NCBI RefSeq assembly: GCF_018977255.1
Contig: NW_024704755.1
Coordinates: forward strand, 3,410,001-3,474,000
Source of the DNA: Callorhinchus milii
Taxonomy: Eukaryota
DNA: 64,000 nucleotides
Direction of reading: 5' to 3'
The stretch's first letter is position 1. Every line of letters starts with the position of its first letter. A program made the position numbers and the translations under genes. The notes beneath the pieces were generated by a model. That model ran no database searches. It was not told the origin of the DNA and saw nothing but the letters and a program-made list of their open reading frames with translations. Positions 37,401 through 51,550 of the stretch are shown here, one piece after another.

Positions 37401-40321
37401 TAGGATCATGACAGATTTCATCGCCAACATTGCACAAAGTTCTCCCCCCCACCCCACCAATCCCGAATTAAAAGGCAGTTTGATGCTGTGATGGAAGATG
37501 GACTTGGTAAGGTGGATGTTCTATGTAGCCGAGATCGGATGAGCTGAAGGCATTTTGTCTCGCTCACAAAATACACACAGTCACCCCACTTTACACTATA
37601 TCCGCTGAAAAGCTCTGAGACGTCTCGATGATGTGATAAGACGCTGCATCAAATGCAAGGATTAATATTCTGATGATTATTATTATCCTACCGATCTTTT
37701 GGCAGCAATCCGTCTGTGTAGAAATATTCCTTACACGCAGCTTTGTGCTGTGACTATTTTTCCCGCGTTGGGAAAAGCGAAGGAGAAAAAAAAAACACAG
37801 GAGCCTGATGTACATTTGGTGATTCTGGGCTCAGTGTGATACGATTTTGTATTCAATTTTAGTGCTGAGGGATAATGACAGCTTAGATGTTGAAAGACGG
37901 ATGGTGATTTTGTGGACCTGATCTTTCTCTGGGATAATTGATTCTTTTTCTATCCATCATGTTGGAGATTTTTTTTTTTGGACGGGGGAGGGGCGATTAA
38001 ATGAGAATTCTTAAAGGGTGCCTTTGCGTGCGTGTGTTCATCCGTCATTTTGACAGCTTATGAAAAGTAAATAAATCTTAGAATCAGACGCTCAGACCGT
38101 TGCATCCTTGCTGCTCTTTGATACTATCGTTAGTGGCTTGTGGCAAGTAATACCACATCATCCAATGTGATCTCTCCGGCATTTTAAAATAAATGTTTCA
38201 TTTATGACCACTTTCAAGCTATTTATTTTCAGATGACTTCAACGAGAGGTCATATACCTTCATTACCCCTTATGCAGCCTTGTGTGAAGCCTGTTCTTCA
38301 GTCCATCTTGTCAGAGAGATGCCATCCTTACACCTGCCGCTCACAGGCCTTTGACAATGCCATTAACTTGTTCACTCGTTCACTCACTCACTCACTCACT
38401 CCTGCTTTGCAATATCTCTCTTGCTGCCCATGGCTCAAGTCCACTCCGAACCACCAAGGGCAAATTCAGAAGTGAAGGGAACGAGAGAGAGGGAGCCAGA
38501 CAGTCTGTACTCCTGCAAGCAATTTATGTTTGCTAACAGTGGTAAAGCGGTTTGGATAGCACCTCGTCGTACTATAATGACAGTATACTATAAATCCTGA
38601 TGGAAGACGTTTTTGGCGAGCGTTACAGCCAATATATATTTTCCATGACAACCCATTATTCGAACAGTTTCCATATCCGCATTGGTGCCCGTCCTCGTTA
38701 GTGTGGACAACTACAGCGAGAGAAAGATCGCCAAACAGATAAGCTTTTATTCACACATGTTCAGCCCAGGAGCTTGAGAGAGAAAAATACAGCTAAAGAG
38801 AGTATTGGAAACTTCACTGCAACTTCCAGAAACTTAAGGTCTCCGCTTAATAGCAGCCTTATCCCAGCTGGTTACCCGAATGTATCACATTAGAGCAGCT
38901 AAACGGTTGATAATAATAATAATCATAATAATAATCCTTGCATTTGATATAGCACTTTTCACGTCGGGAGGACGTCCCAAAGCGCTTCACAGAACACACC
39001 TGTTAATCATGTGCGATACAAACAGGTTTCTCCTCAGCAAATTGAAGTCGCTGGAACAGGAATCAACTGCAGCAGAAATGACTAAAAGCTTGCATTTGAT
39101 ATAGCGCCTCATCACGTCTTTGAGACGTCTCAAAGCGCTTCACAGAATATATGGTAAACTGAGTTGACTGTATATTTTGTGGGCGAAATTGCCATGGAGC
39201 CAGAAATTTCTGGTTTTATGCAGTTGCTGTGTTGTCAGCTGCTTCTCTCGATGTATAGATATAATTGAAGGAAGGAAATTTCCCTCAGCAGATTTACTTG
39301 GGCATTTCCAGGCCTATAAATGCTTCTTCTCCACGAGTAAATTCCTTTCCACAATTGCATCATTACATCTCGATGAAGAAAAAAATGCCAATAAGGATTA
39401 ACGCAGTTCGAGCTGCAAACAAAATAGCGGGCCAGTAACAATTCCAGTCACATGTCTGGTTTATCTTCCTAACAGCGCATGGATTTTTGAATTCATTCAT
39501 TTTTTAAGAAAGAAAAAGTTTGATTTCCTCCAGCGCCATCGGACTGGACATAAATAACTGCTGTCCATAATCGTTATAGTATCTCGGATCTTTGTTCAGG
39601 TAGTTTGGTCGATCAAGGGCACCTTGGAACTTACCCAACACCACTGTTTACCTAACAGGGATGTTGCTACATTGCAAAAGCGACGGGCCCTTCTTTCCTG
39701 TTGATTTATGAAATGCCTTAAAAGCTATTATCCTCCATGGCTCCCAGTCTTTTTGTGTGTCCCAAAACCCATGCGTTGGCTGCAGTGAAAGAACGTGGAA
39801 CACGAGAAAAGGTCTGATGCTCTGGTCTCCTGCTGCTTTTCACGAGGCTTTATATTTGGCAGAAAAGCTATAGGAGCACAGACTAATTAAAACAATCTGA
39901 TTCGGAATAAGTTCTTAAATTATTTTTTGCTAAGCCTAGATAGGCAAGACGGATATAATGGCAATTTTATTCCTTCGCTGATTTAATGCCTCTGTACGCT
40001 GCCCGTTTCTGGCAATTTGGATTTAACTCACATTCGTTAATTAACCGGTTGCTTTTACAGTGAAATAGTTCAGAGGCAGGGTGCGTTTTCATACTGTGCC
40101 TGGTGTCCACCAGGATTCAAACCCAGAACTGTGCAGTCGTGCTATTCACCTGGCTGAGCCAGATAAATGAATACATGCATTTCATTTTGTATCTTTCATG
40201 TCAGGGGAAAATCCCAAAGATGTCTTATTTGTTAACATCGGGAGTAGATGGCCTGCAATATTCTTCTCCGATCCTGGATTCCTGTAATCAAACCTGTCTC
40301 CTGGTCATCAAGGATTTAGAA

Positions 40322-40419
40322 TTGCACAGGAGCAATTTCAGGAGAGACACCAGGAAGTATTTATTTACCCTCTGGACTAAGTACTTCCTCATGTCTGTCC
40401 TGAAATGACCCCTTTGCAA
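40322..40419. repeat. Inverted pair of CR1 fragments forming a ~45-bp-arm hairpin
   Basis: ttgcacaggagcaatttcaggagagacaccaggaagtattta versus the reverse complement of the right arm, ttgcaaaggggtcatttcaggacagacatgaggaagtactta. Confidence 0.85.
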
Positions 40420-41913
40420 ACCTTTTGTCGTCTTTTCCTGATGCCTCGGTGTATCCGAAAGTAGGTTTGTGAACAGGTTTAATAATAGTAATATTAAGAC
40501 TTGCATTTGATATAGTGTCTCATCACGTCGTTGAGATATCTCCAAGCGCTTCACAGGATATACTGTAAAGTGAATTCACTGTGTATTTTGTGGGTGAAAA
40601 CTACAACAACAACAACAACATTTCATTTATAGAGCGCCTTTCACGTCGGGAGGACGTCGGGAGACTAAGAGGGAAGTGGGTATTGGAAGCGGTTACAATG
40701 AGCAACGTTGCTCAAATATTTCTTTTTAAACAAAGCAGTTGAGTTTATTACCTACATATTTTTCTGGGTTTAATGCATTCTCAGAATTACTATTTTCCAA
40801 AGATCATTTTCTAAGATTATCAAGAAAAGGAACTCACATGGGAGCTCATTTAAAGCGTGGACATTTAGGACCTCGTGCCAGTATTAATTAGTTCTTCCAT
40901 TGTTGAAATGATCTGGTAGTCCGGGAGATAACTCTTTAATCTGGTCAATGCCTGTGCCCTAAAACTGAGCACTAATGGGAGCTAAGGAGGTTAGCTTAAC
41001 AAGCAATAAAGCTATCATGTGGAAAGAGTGGTATAAGGAGAAGCAATCAGCACGCAAAAGGGTTGGTACATTGGATTACTGGTGTAGCAAAACGGATTAG
41101 CCCAAGTCCAATTTATTTTGCTTGTAGAATGCTCTCTCCATTCACATCATATTTGTTGTCTGGTTCAAATAGCGCAGGAGAGACGTCTGTTTAAAAAAAA
41201 AACTCTCAGGTAATAATCCTCCACATCAACCTTTCTCGACTTTGGGGGCGCAACAGAAAGTTCCATTCATTTGAGTCCAATGAAGACTTTCGTATGGCGG
41301 ATTTAATTTAAACACTCATCTCTCCTACAGCTAACACTTCATCAGAACAGCACTGATCCAGTCAGAAAGCCCTACTGCACTGCCCCCAACATACAACACA
41401 CTTGAGCTCAGTACCCACCTCCCTCCACTCAAGTTGCCAACAGTGAACTACATTTTATCTCAGAGCCACCGAAGGATACAGGTGGCAATAATAATGGTAT
41501 TGGCTCCCCTACAGGCCATTGGAGTGTCAATCTTGACTGTAAGCTGAAGTCCCGACGCGGGGGCTTGAACCCACGACCTTTTGACTCAGAGGCGAGAGCT
41601 ACCAACTGAACCGGGATAACACCTGTGAATTTCTCGCCCATCCAGACGTGCCAAGGCACTGGGTCTGCCTAATGATATCGGTACCAGGCTTCTGAGCTAA
41701 CTTCACAGCTCATCATCACGAGCAAACCTTTCAGCTGAGCCAGCTATTTGGGATTGTGCCGGTCCTCACCTTGTGAAAAAATTAAGGCTGGTCAGGAATC
41801 ATATGATACGTCTGTAGGTAGGACTGACACACACACATACAGCTTCTATTCAGAATAACAATCGGACCCATGGCTAACAAAGGATTTCGCCTTTGGAAGG
41901 CTGTTTCGACTAG

Positions 41914-42234
41914 AATAATCCTTGCATTTGATATAGCGCTTTTCACGTCGGGAGGACGTACCAAAGCGCTTCACAGAACACACTGTAAAGTGAATTGACT
42001 GTATATTTTTTGTGGGCGAACGCGGCAGCCAATTGCGCACAGCAATGTCCCACAAACAGTCGTAGATTGAAAATGACCAATTTATTATTGTTTTTTTTGT
42101 TTTTGGAGGGATTATTATTAGGCTCTGTGTGGAGTAAGGAAACTTGCCCAAGGTTTCGCTCTGACCTGCCTGGAATTGAACTCAGGTCTCTCGCTTGCAA
42201 AGCGAGTGCTCTAACCACTGAGCTACAGGACTCC
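41914..42234 (-). mobile_element. Young full-length short-form tRNA-headed SINE
   Basis: Reverse complement of the 32029 and 58373 family, from GGAGTCCTGTAGCTCAGTGG to the TTATT tail. Confidence 0.92.
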
Positions 42235-42879
42235 AGGACTATGCAGCATTCGTGCTTTCTGAAGTCCTTTCTTTGTTACTGTTGCTTCTCTATAAAGTGG
42301 GAGAATAATCTTGAAAGTGATTCATGAGTTTGAGGAAGCTACTTGCCTTCATTTTACAACAATAATCCTTGCATTCGAAACAGCACAAAGATGGTCGGTG
42401 GAGGAGGCGACTTGTGTGTGCGTGTATAAAGCGAAAGGACTTTGCTTGCTGAGGGGACGCTGGGGTGGAAAGTTTAAGGAGCTCGGACTTACGTGTCCAC
42501 TGGAACTTTTTCGAGCGTTGAAGGAAGCAGCTGCCTTTTACGCCTCGTTGGTTTTCAATCTACCAGCAAAGCTGCAAGTAAAATCTGCTCCACTTTAATA
42601 ATGTTCGCTGTATTAGGCAGAGCTTTCAAGTTGTCTCACGTAAAGATAGGAAGATTTCCTGAATATGATGCCAAAAATCCAAGAGGCTTTCTCCACATTG
42701 GAGCGAGAAAGAGTTTGGGAATCAGTGATGCTTGACATAGGGTGATTGGAACATTTATATTTTGACCTAAACATAAAATGTATGCAAAAACCCCAGGCAG
42801 GGTCTTTAAATAGTCAGGACTGGGTTGTGCATTGAGTTGGAACACTATCTTTACTCCGTCCCAATTCAGATCGGGGAGC

Positions 42880-43135
42880 ATTGAATTGTTAGAGGTGCCG
42901 TCGTTCGGATGAGACATTGAACCAATGTCCCGTCTAACTGTGCAGGTGGACGGTAAAGATCCTATAACACGACTTCAAAAGAAGAGGTGTCCTAGCCAAC
43001 TAGAAAGCTTTGGTCATTCGCTTGTGGCTTAAAGAAATACAGTCACTACACTCAACGGTAAATCCTGTGAGAAGCTTTGAGATGTCCTCCAAACGTGGAA
43101 GACGTTACATCAATTGCAAGGATTCTTATTATTTA
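42880..43135 (+). mobile_element. Deu-domain SINE fragment with tail
   Basis: gaggtgccgtcgttcggatgagacattgaacc...gtaaagatccta followed by the shared tail. Confidence 0.75.
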
Positions 43136-44339
43136 TTCAGCGTTGGCAATGCAGAGCAAAATACTCTCCTTAACTTGGCATAAATTAGCACAAAATTGGC
43201 AAACGCCTTCAGAATGATTGTAAGGATAGCTGGAGAGTGAAATGGAAATGTCGCACTGACGCATTGGTGATGGATCTTCTAAGGATGATAGTAACACACA
43301 TTAGGTTTTTACTAAGTGTTTAATCTGACCTGGGTGTGGCTAATGTGGCACTGAGGGCAAAAAGTCTTCACCTCCTCAACACCAACCTCACTCACTTGCA
43401 CCATGAAACTTCAAAGACGTAGTTTTCGGTCATCTCTCCCCTCCCCAGCTCCCACCCCCAACAATAACAACAGTTGTTGTGGACATACTATTTTCCTGTG
43501 GTGTTTTGGATACACATTCCAAAAGACCTGTGCACGGGCTGGGGGAGGGGTGGGAAGAGTTTTCCTGTAATTCATTCCCTTTCAAAACTCCTTGGATTTG
43601 CACTCACTGCCTCACAATAAGGAACTGACAAATGATTGCTGGAATTCCGTCTGCCTCGCCATCAGTGACTGAAGTTTCAAATACCAAGCCCCTACCTTCT
43701 CGAACTCGCTCCTTAAACCCCTCCGAATCGCTATCTCTATCTGTCTTCAAATGCCTCCTAAAAATCTGGGCATCTCTCCGTTCCACACAGCTCACCTCAT
43801 CACGAGATGAACAGGCTGAGCCTTCAGAGGAACTAAGACCTCAGAGTATACAGTGTAATAGCCGTATCACATACAGAAACATTTCACTGAAGTAGGACTT
43901 TCCCTCCCCAATGGCAATTTCAACTGTAGAATGTACTTAGGACACTTGAAATACAATCTAAAGAGCAATATAGCTTTGTTAAAAAAAAATCTGCAAAGCG
44001 GCAATAATCGAAAGGAAAGAGCAGGGAAGCTCTTTATACTTTCCGTTGCTGTTCCTTGAAATTCCCGACTGCCAGGTTCACAAACCTGACGAAGCAGATC
44101 TCTTTTATACGTCGCCAATTGAAACTACAATTAACATCGTTCAGTGCTTCCAAATCATGTCACACAATGGGGTGCAAAATGTAACGTTTCACAACACATT
44201 GCATAATTATCTCATCACAAGACCGCAAGATTAGAGGATCAGCTCTGATGAAAAAAGAACCTTTGACCCATCCTATCTCATCCTTTCAGAACACCCAACC
44301 TACTGTCCTCCCATCGCAGCATCAAGTTGCTTTTTAAAT

Positions 44340-44625
44340 AATAACAATAATAATCCTTGCATTTGATATAGCGCTTTTCATGTCTGCTCAACGTCTCAAA
44401 GCGCTTCACAGAATAATCTGTAAAGTGAATTGACCGTAAATTTTTGGGCGAAACGAGGCAGCCAACTGCGCACAGCAGCGTCCCACAAACAGTCGTGGAT
44501 TGAAAATGACCAATTTATTATTGTTTTGCTTTGGAGAGATTATTAGGCGTGTGGAGTAAGGAAACTTTTCCAAAGTTTCGCCCTGCCTGGAATTGAACCC
44601 AGGTGACTCGCTTGCAAGGCGAGTC
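44340..44625 (-). mobile_element. Short-form tRNA-headed SINE lacking the A-box
   Basis: Matches the 41914-42234 copy up to cgcttgcaaggcgagt. Confidence 0.88.
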
Positions 44626-45781
44626 CCAGTGTCCTTTCTCCCTCCCTCCCTCCTTCCCTCCTTCCCCCTCTCTCTCCCACGACCAATCATGCCTCTAGAT
44701 TATTAACTCAGAATCATAAAACTCCTCAAACTTTTCAAAGAGTTTCAGTGTTCAAACTGTGCTGCTCATCTCGGGAACTACAGCATTCGTCAAAGAGCTC
44801 TGAGTGTGGTTGTGTTGCGCTGCTTAATGAAGTGAACGGGCTGGTTAATTGTAGACGTTTTTTTTAAAAAAATAATGTTCTCTCCAAAAATAGCAAATTC
44901 AATGAGTCATGGGATGATTAGGATTGTTTTTTGGGGATGCAATAATGATGATGATGTGATTTTGATTGTCACTGTTGGAAAGGTGTGCAATGTACTCGTG
45001 TGAAATTGCAGTGACTAAATATCAGACAAAGCCAATAACTGTTAATTATGACTGCAAGCACTGGAGCTGCTCAGCCTGAGTAGAGACCGAGTTTCACCTG
45101 AGGCAGAATTCTCCCGGACACAACGGAGAGAGGGGAATCCTGCCTTAGTTTCTCTGAGGACCCTTCACCTGAACAACCAGGTTACAATAATCTACACTGA
45201 ATAATTTATTTCCCAGTGTTCGTCATCACCAAACACACTGGAGCCTTGCTATAAAGAGCTTCATGAATTGTTAATACCTCTCTTGAGTAAAGAAAACCAG
45301 GTTTCTCCACTTTGTTTCACTCTGAGAGCCGGAAGGTGGTTCCAATCTGTCATATCTTGGTGGGGGGAAAAGATGTAAATATATTCATCATTCTGCACCC
45401 TATGAGGGGTGTAAGATAAATAATTTCACAAGTGAGCTGGTGATACCTCATGAGAGACTAAGTCTTTCAATGTGTTAGCTGGCAGAACAGCAAGTGGAAT
45501 TATCTGTTGCCCACAACATATGCCTCTGTTTACAACTTGATTTTGATGTAAAACGTGAGCCCAGAGAGGCTTCATCCAAGTTGGAAACAGGAGGGATAGT
45601 GAGTCCGAGTGATGCCTAGAAGTTTCAATCTCTTTACTGAGACGTTGGTGCCTTGGAACAGATGCTGGTGAGGAAGGCATAGAGGGCAAGATGCCAGGAG
45701 TTGAGGGGGTTGGCCGGTGGGAAGAAATGATAAGATTCAGCAGAGAAAATGCTGTGTTAGAAAAACAAAACACGATGGGAA

Positions 45782-46845
45782 CCAACAACAACAAGATTAC
45801 ATTTGTATAGCGCCTTTCACGTTGGGAGGACATCCCAAGACGCTGGACAGAGCACAGCATTTCAGACCCAAGCTGGGGTTGGGGGGGTAAGGGAGAGGAA
45901 GGGAAGGGGGTGGCCGATGGCGTGGTCGAAGAGGAGGGTTTTGAGGCGGGACTTGACGGAGGCTAAAGAGGGGGCGAGGCGGAGTGATTGGGGGATGGAA
46001 TTTCAGAGGTTGGAGGCAGAGTGGCTGAAGGCTCTCCCACCAATGGTGGGAAGGTGGGTCAGCGCACGTGGAGCAGGCCAGAGCCGGCTGAGCGGAGGGA
46101 ATGGGCTGGTTGGTAGGGGATTAGGAGCTCGCAGAGGTAGGGTGGGGCGAGGCCATGGAGGGCTTTGTATGTGAGGACCAGGATCTTGAACTGGATCCTC
46201 TGAAGGATAGGGAGCCATTAGAGTCGGGCGAGAGTGGGGGAGATGGGGTAACGGAGTTTGGTGCGGGAGAGGACACGGGCTGCAGAGTTTTGGATTATCT
46301 GCAGCCTGTGGAGGGAGGAGTTGGGAAGGCCAACAAGCAGGGTGTTTGCAAAGTCGAGCCTGGGGGTGATGAAGGCATGAACAAGAGTTTCAGTGGCCTG
46401 AGGGGTGAGGTAGTGGCGGAGTCAGACGATGTTACGGAGGTGAGGGAAGGCAGAGCGGGTCATTGCTTGGACGTGGGGGAGAAAAGACAGTTGAAGGTCG
46501 AACAAGACACCGAGGTTCCTGACTGACTGATGAGTTGTCGTGTGCAACCATGGAGGTTGATGCTGCCAGAGCCTGAGGTGCTGAGGCGTTGGCGCGAGCC
46601 AATCAGGAGGGCCTCAGTCTTGATCACATTCAACTGTAGGAAAGTTGCCCTCATCCAGGACTTGATGTCCGACAGGCAGTCTGTCAGGACAGCAGTGATC
46701 CTGGAGCTGAAGGTAGAGGCAGAAAGATAGAGTTGGGTGTCATCCGCATACATGTGGAAGTTGACCCCATGTCTGCGGATGATGTCACCGAGGGGAAGCA
46801 TGTAGATATTAAAGAGGAGAGGGCCAACGACAGAGCCCTGTCTGC
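45782..46845 (-). mobile_element. 5'-truncated, frameshifted L2-clade LINE (reverse transcriptase C-terminal part to 3' tail)
   Basis: [40 protein letters not shown] (RT with YADD motif), then [20 protein letters not shown], then HLPTIGGRAFSHSASNL. The pieces lie in different frames. The tail ends ...gtgaaaggcgctatacaaatgtaatcttgttgttgttg. Confidence 0.93.
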
Positions 46846-49139
46846 CAAGTCTGCCAAGGAAAATCCACAGAGCATTCATCATGTTAAAATACCAGGAACA
46901 AGTTTTGAATGGACAAACAAAATCCCAGCACGATTGGAAGAAAATATTTACTGTTAACTGTAAAAGCACATTGCAAAATATTGCATCTGTGCTTTGATTC
47001 CTCTCTGCTGTGTATGTTTTTAAATATAGTCATCTATAAATCTCCCACAAATTATTTTCATTGTTTTTTTACTCCAAAGAACAAGAGAGGCATTAGGAAG
47101 ACACAAGCAGGCACTAATCACCCGATTGATTTTAATAGCCATATTTTATTTGACCGCTGGCGGTCGTTTTGTTGCAAGCTTTTGGAGACGAGTAGTGCCA
47201 ACTGAATTAGACTGAATAGGGAGTCAGCGGCAGACGGCCTGCACTGAAGCGAGAGTACTTTGATAAGACCACGATTTAATGAGATGTCCAATATTTAAGC
47301 AGACAGCAGAAGGGGAGCATAGCGCGATTGTTGTTCTACACGTTGTTCTGCGGTTTGACACGGCAGGGTTTATAGCTGGATTCCCCTGCACTACAGGTCC
47401 CCAGTCCTTGATGCAACACTTCATCCACAGAGGGAAAGGGTTAAACCCTGGCTACTTTCACACTCTATCAAAAAGCATTGGAAGAGTGCTCAGACTGGCA
47501 GCCCAACTTACACCCTGTGCAACAAAACAGAATGAAATAAGCACTACCATTGAACGGGAGCTATTTTTAGGAAGAACAGAAGGAAGCATGCAATGAGGAG
47601 ACCAAGCATTGGGTTTGTGAAGCCTGTCAGATGAATAACTAATTAAACCGCCAGGAAAAACCTATCTGAGAAGGAGTCACTCAGGAAATCTTTAATTAAA
47701 GGGAATCAACCTCTCGGCCGAATCACATGAGGTTTTGGGGGCAGTTGTTGGGTTTTAAAAATAAAAAATCTGGGCTGAGGGCCTCTAACACTTGTTCAAA
47801 GGAAAAGAAGACACCTTAGAAATTATCATTCGAACAAAAAAAATGCAGAAGAAAATGTAAAAAAACAACAAACCCGCACTATATCTCCTGGAGGACATGA
47901 CAGCAAACAGATTTATGTTGTGTTTATATTAGCAAATGGAAATTGGTTTCCTTTCAAAATTGGCTGGAATTCAAGCCCTGTTTGCCCAGCAATATAGCAA
48001 AACACAGCAATCCAAATCAATCGAGAAGCAAATTCAGCTCAGGGGTAGGTCTCACTCCAGTGCTGATTTGATGCACTGCAGGGGAGAGCAGAGGCCTGAG
48101 ATTCCACCCGGTCCTAGCATGTTGAACCATCTTCTCTTAAATCTTACGATCGTGCAGAATTATGGAAAATTCTTACCTTCGCTCTTACATTAGAAGCTTT
48201 TTTTTTGCAGGTCTTTAAAAGATCCGGCTTCCAAATTATAACTGAATTTTAAGAACTCTCCTCAAATGCGTGCGATGTTATGTCCTAAAGCCTTGAAACT
48301 TTGCTACATTTTCACCTGAATAAGAACTCAGGTGTCTCAAGGATGTGATAAGGCACAATATCAAATGCAAGGATTATTATTATCATGATTAAAGATACCA
48401 GCTGAGCCTTTCCTTTTGGCATGGTGGCTAGTTTGCATAATCCGCCTTTTTAAACATGAAACTTAAATCAATTTCCTTTGACAATGAGTTGGTCTTAATG
48501 TATTCTTAGAATGCGTCAGCACGTCCTACAAATAAGTCCCCGACACTAGTCTCCATTGGTGGCTTTAATTAACTTTGCAGTGTGTTCAAGAGTAGATTAC
48601 ACAGACACAGGGAACCTCATGCTTTGATCAGTTTTTGATGTCCTCTGCTCCATCACGAAAGTTCATTGTAATCAGCGGGGAGACAGGCAATTTAAGATAT
48701 CATTATTTGACTCAGAAAATGTGATTGTCATGTTCCAACCCATTATTGACAGCTGGCTCCTCCTGGCCAACAATATCAATCTGATTTAATAGACTTTCAA
48801 CAAAGGTTAAAGAAAGCTCTCTGCCAGTCATTATTTGTACAGAGATCAGAGTTTGGAGAGTTGAAAGTGAAAGCTTCTCATCATCCCTGGTTTACATTTG
48901 TCTTGACGTGGAGCACGAGTTCTAGCTCTCTGAAATTGTGCTGTGGGTTACCTACCCAATGTTCTTTCCTTGATGCAGACCCATACAGCACTGGGCAGTA
49001 TCAATATATATATATAGTATAGATTTGCATTTATTCAGCGCTTTTCAAGTAACATAACAATTTGGAGACCTTCGCAGGGCAGTATTGGGCGTCAAGAAAG
49101 GCAGGAAGAGAACAGGGATAGGGTGACTGCAAGTACGGT

Positions 49140-49245
49140 CAAATAGATAGATGGAGAAGCAGGTCCCCTGAGAAACTTCTGAGCCAGCGCAAACATGATG
49201 GACCGAATGGTCTTCTTCGGTGCTGCAAATTTCTACGGTTCTACT
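49140..49245 (+). mobile_element. CR1-type 3' tail
   Basis: gagccagcgcaaacatgatggaccgaatggtcttcttcggtgctgcaaatttctacggttct. Confidence 0.7.
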
Positions 49246-50616
49246 GTACAAAATATTCATTGAGAAAACGTACAAAGAGAGAGAAGAAACAAAGCCAGTC
49301 AAGTCAAACAACCCCATTCTTTCCAGAGACCAAACATAATAGGCTATGTGATTTATTTTTCACACCCAATGGTATTCATCCTTCACTAGTTGCCTTGCTC
49401 GGCCTGACAGTTCCACAGTCCCAGCAGTTCAGAAATGCTCCTATTCCACACAGTATTCAATCACGTCAACCTCTATAAACCTTCAATCAGGCTCATCAAG
49501 CTCCCCGGTGTACCTGGTCCCTAACAATGATCCAGTAACTCAAGTTTTAATCCGGTCACTGCTTAATTGAACTGAAATTCCATTCTGCACCATATACGAT
49601 TGCATTATTTTATAATAATAATAATAATCCTTGCATTTGATATAGTGCCTTACCACGGCATTGGGAAGTCTCAAAGCACTTCACAGAATATATTGTAAAA
49701 TGGATCGATGGTGATAATATCACGTGCTACAATTTCGACCGCTATAAAAGATTTTCTTCCTCTGCCTCAAATTGGAAGAAACCACTTTCAGAAAACTTTC
49801 GGTTCACATTATCCGGAGAATCATGGCTTGGCTCCTGATGTGTCATCAACTGATGTCTGCATAGACAAAGGTCAAGTGTGATTAACTGCTTGATGAAGGC
49901 AAAACTAAGCAAAATCCTGAATCCACAAGGAATTAGATGCCAGCATCATCCGGTAGGAATTTTTAATTAAAAATTTATAGTCTGTAAATATCAGCACCGT
50001 TTTTTGATCAGCCGGGTGTCTGATGCATGCGGAGACCCAACACCAGGCTTAAGAGTATCCAAACCAGACCAAACTGAGAATTCCCCCAACAAATGGAAAT
50101 CCCAGAGATAGATTGTTGGAAAGGAATGCACACTCTCTCCCTGGAGGGACGCATACTGATTACTAATTTCAGAACGTATTAGGCGCAGGTTGGCAAGAGC
50201 CAAGGCTGGTGGACCCCAGGCTGTTTGTTGGGGTAAATGCTTTAGTTAACCAGCAAAAACCGCACTATCCTTGTAATTACTACATTTACAAACATGATTC
50301 CACTTGAAAGGAAAGTAGGAAGACACATTAAATCCCTTAAAAGTGATCAGCCACATTTCATGAACAATTTTTAACCTTCTCCGCTCCCACAAAAGAAGAA
50401 CAATGTAGGCAATCGGTCGTCTTTCTCTCTCCCCGTTTCCGGAGCACTAGTTTTAATAGTGCATCCTTTATTCAGTATATATTTATATATATATTTCACT
50501 GGTATATTTTAGTTTTGATATTTCACTGATGTAGCCCTTTCTTTATCCCCCGGTAAATTTCATGGCTGATCAACTTGTGATTTGCTGTTGTTGCAAAAAT
50601 GGGATAAAGTTTCTTA

Positions 50617-50789
50617 TTAATAATAATCCTCGCATTTGATATAGTGCCTTACCACGTCTTCGAGACATCTCCAAGTGCTTCACAGGATATACTGTCAAGT
50701 GAATCGAATGTATATTTTGTGGGCCAAACTGCTACTTAAACTTACTGCTCGATAAACAGAGGCATGTGGAGTAAGGAAACTTGCCCAAA
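50617..50789 (-). mobile_element. Internally deleted long-form SINE fragment
   Basis: The tail is joined to cttactgctcgataaacagaggcatgtggagtaaggaaacttgcccaa (central domain plus post-head segment). Confidence 0.8.
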
Positions 50790-51439
50790 TTTATCGAGCA
50801 GAACGTGCTCAGTATTAAACTTCGCACACTTTATCCCAATGATAAAGTGGATTCGCCAAAAACAGCACAAATGCAAATTTCATTTGAATGTCAGGAACGG
50901 CTGATGCTGACTTGCATCTGACACTATAATGATGCTTGTGCTGCATTGAAATGAGGTGTGAACTGAGCTGGTGTTCATTTTTATACTGTTTGATTGACTA
51001 TAGTGTGGAGGAGAATTGGTCACTCTGTGCACCTTTCAAAGCAAGATCTCACCACTCCCCCTCCTCCCTCCCACCTATATTTTTGTTAATAAATGCTTCA
51101 GTGGTTAAAAGGTGAATGAATGTATAAGTAATATGAATGCTGTCTTTTCAGGGAATCAGTGTCCTTGTTTTACTCTTTCGACGCACTGCTGCTAAGACAC
51201 TAAGAGCGAAAAACAACACCTCTGTTTGCATCCCGGTTTGAAAGCATCAAACCAGGATGTAATTATGATGGCATAACATGGCACTGTGCCACCCTGTGCC
51301 AGCCGACGACTCTAAGTGCCACTTTGGCCGTCTTATAGTCACAAAATTGACAATCACACGAGAACCAGCCAGCAAACCCAGACAGACAATATTCCTTTCC
51401 ATGTCTAGAAAATTTAGATGTCAGCGATTAGGGATCTGA

Positions 51440-51550
51440 GACCACAGGAATCTCGCAACAGGAATAGGCCATTCAGCCCCTTGAGCCTGTTCCGCCATTC
51501 TATTAGATCATGACTGATCTGTATCTGAACTCCATTTACCCGCCTTCCAT
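51440..51550 (-). mobile_element. CR1-type (shark HER1/HE1-like) 3' tail
   Basis: Minus strand agatcagtcatgatctaatagaatggcggaacaggctcaaggggctgaatggcctattcctgttg. Family name is from memory. Confidence 0.7.

Noticed and set aside
46460-46969. Functional reverse transcriptase or retron-like gene
   Set aside because: 5'-truncated, frameshifted L2 fragment. The ORF's N-terminus is unrelated flanking DNA.
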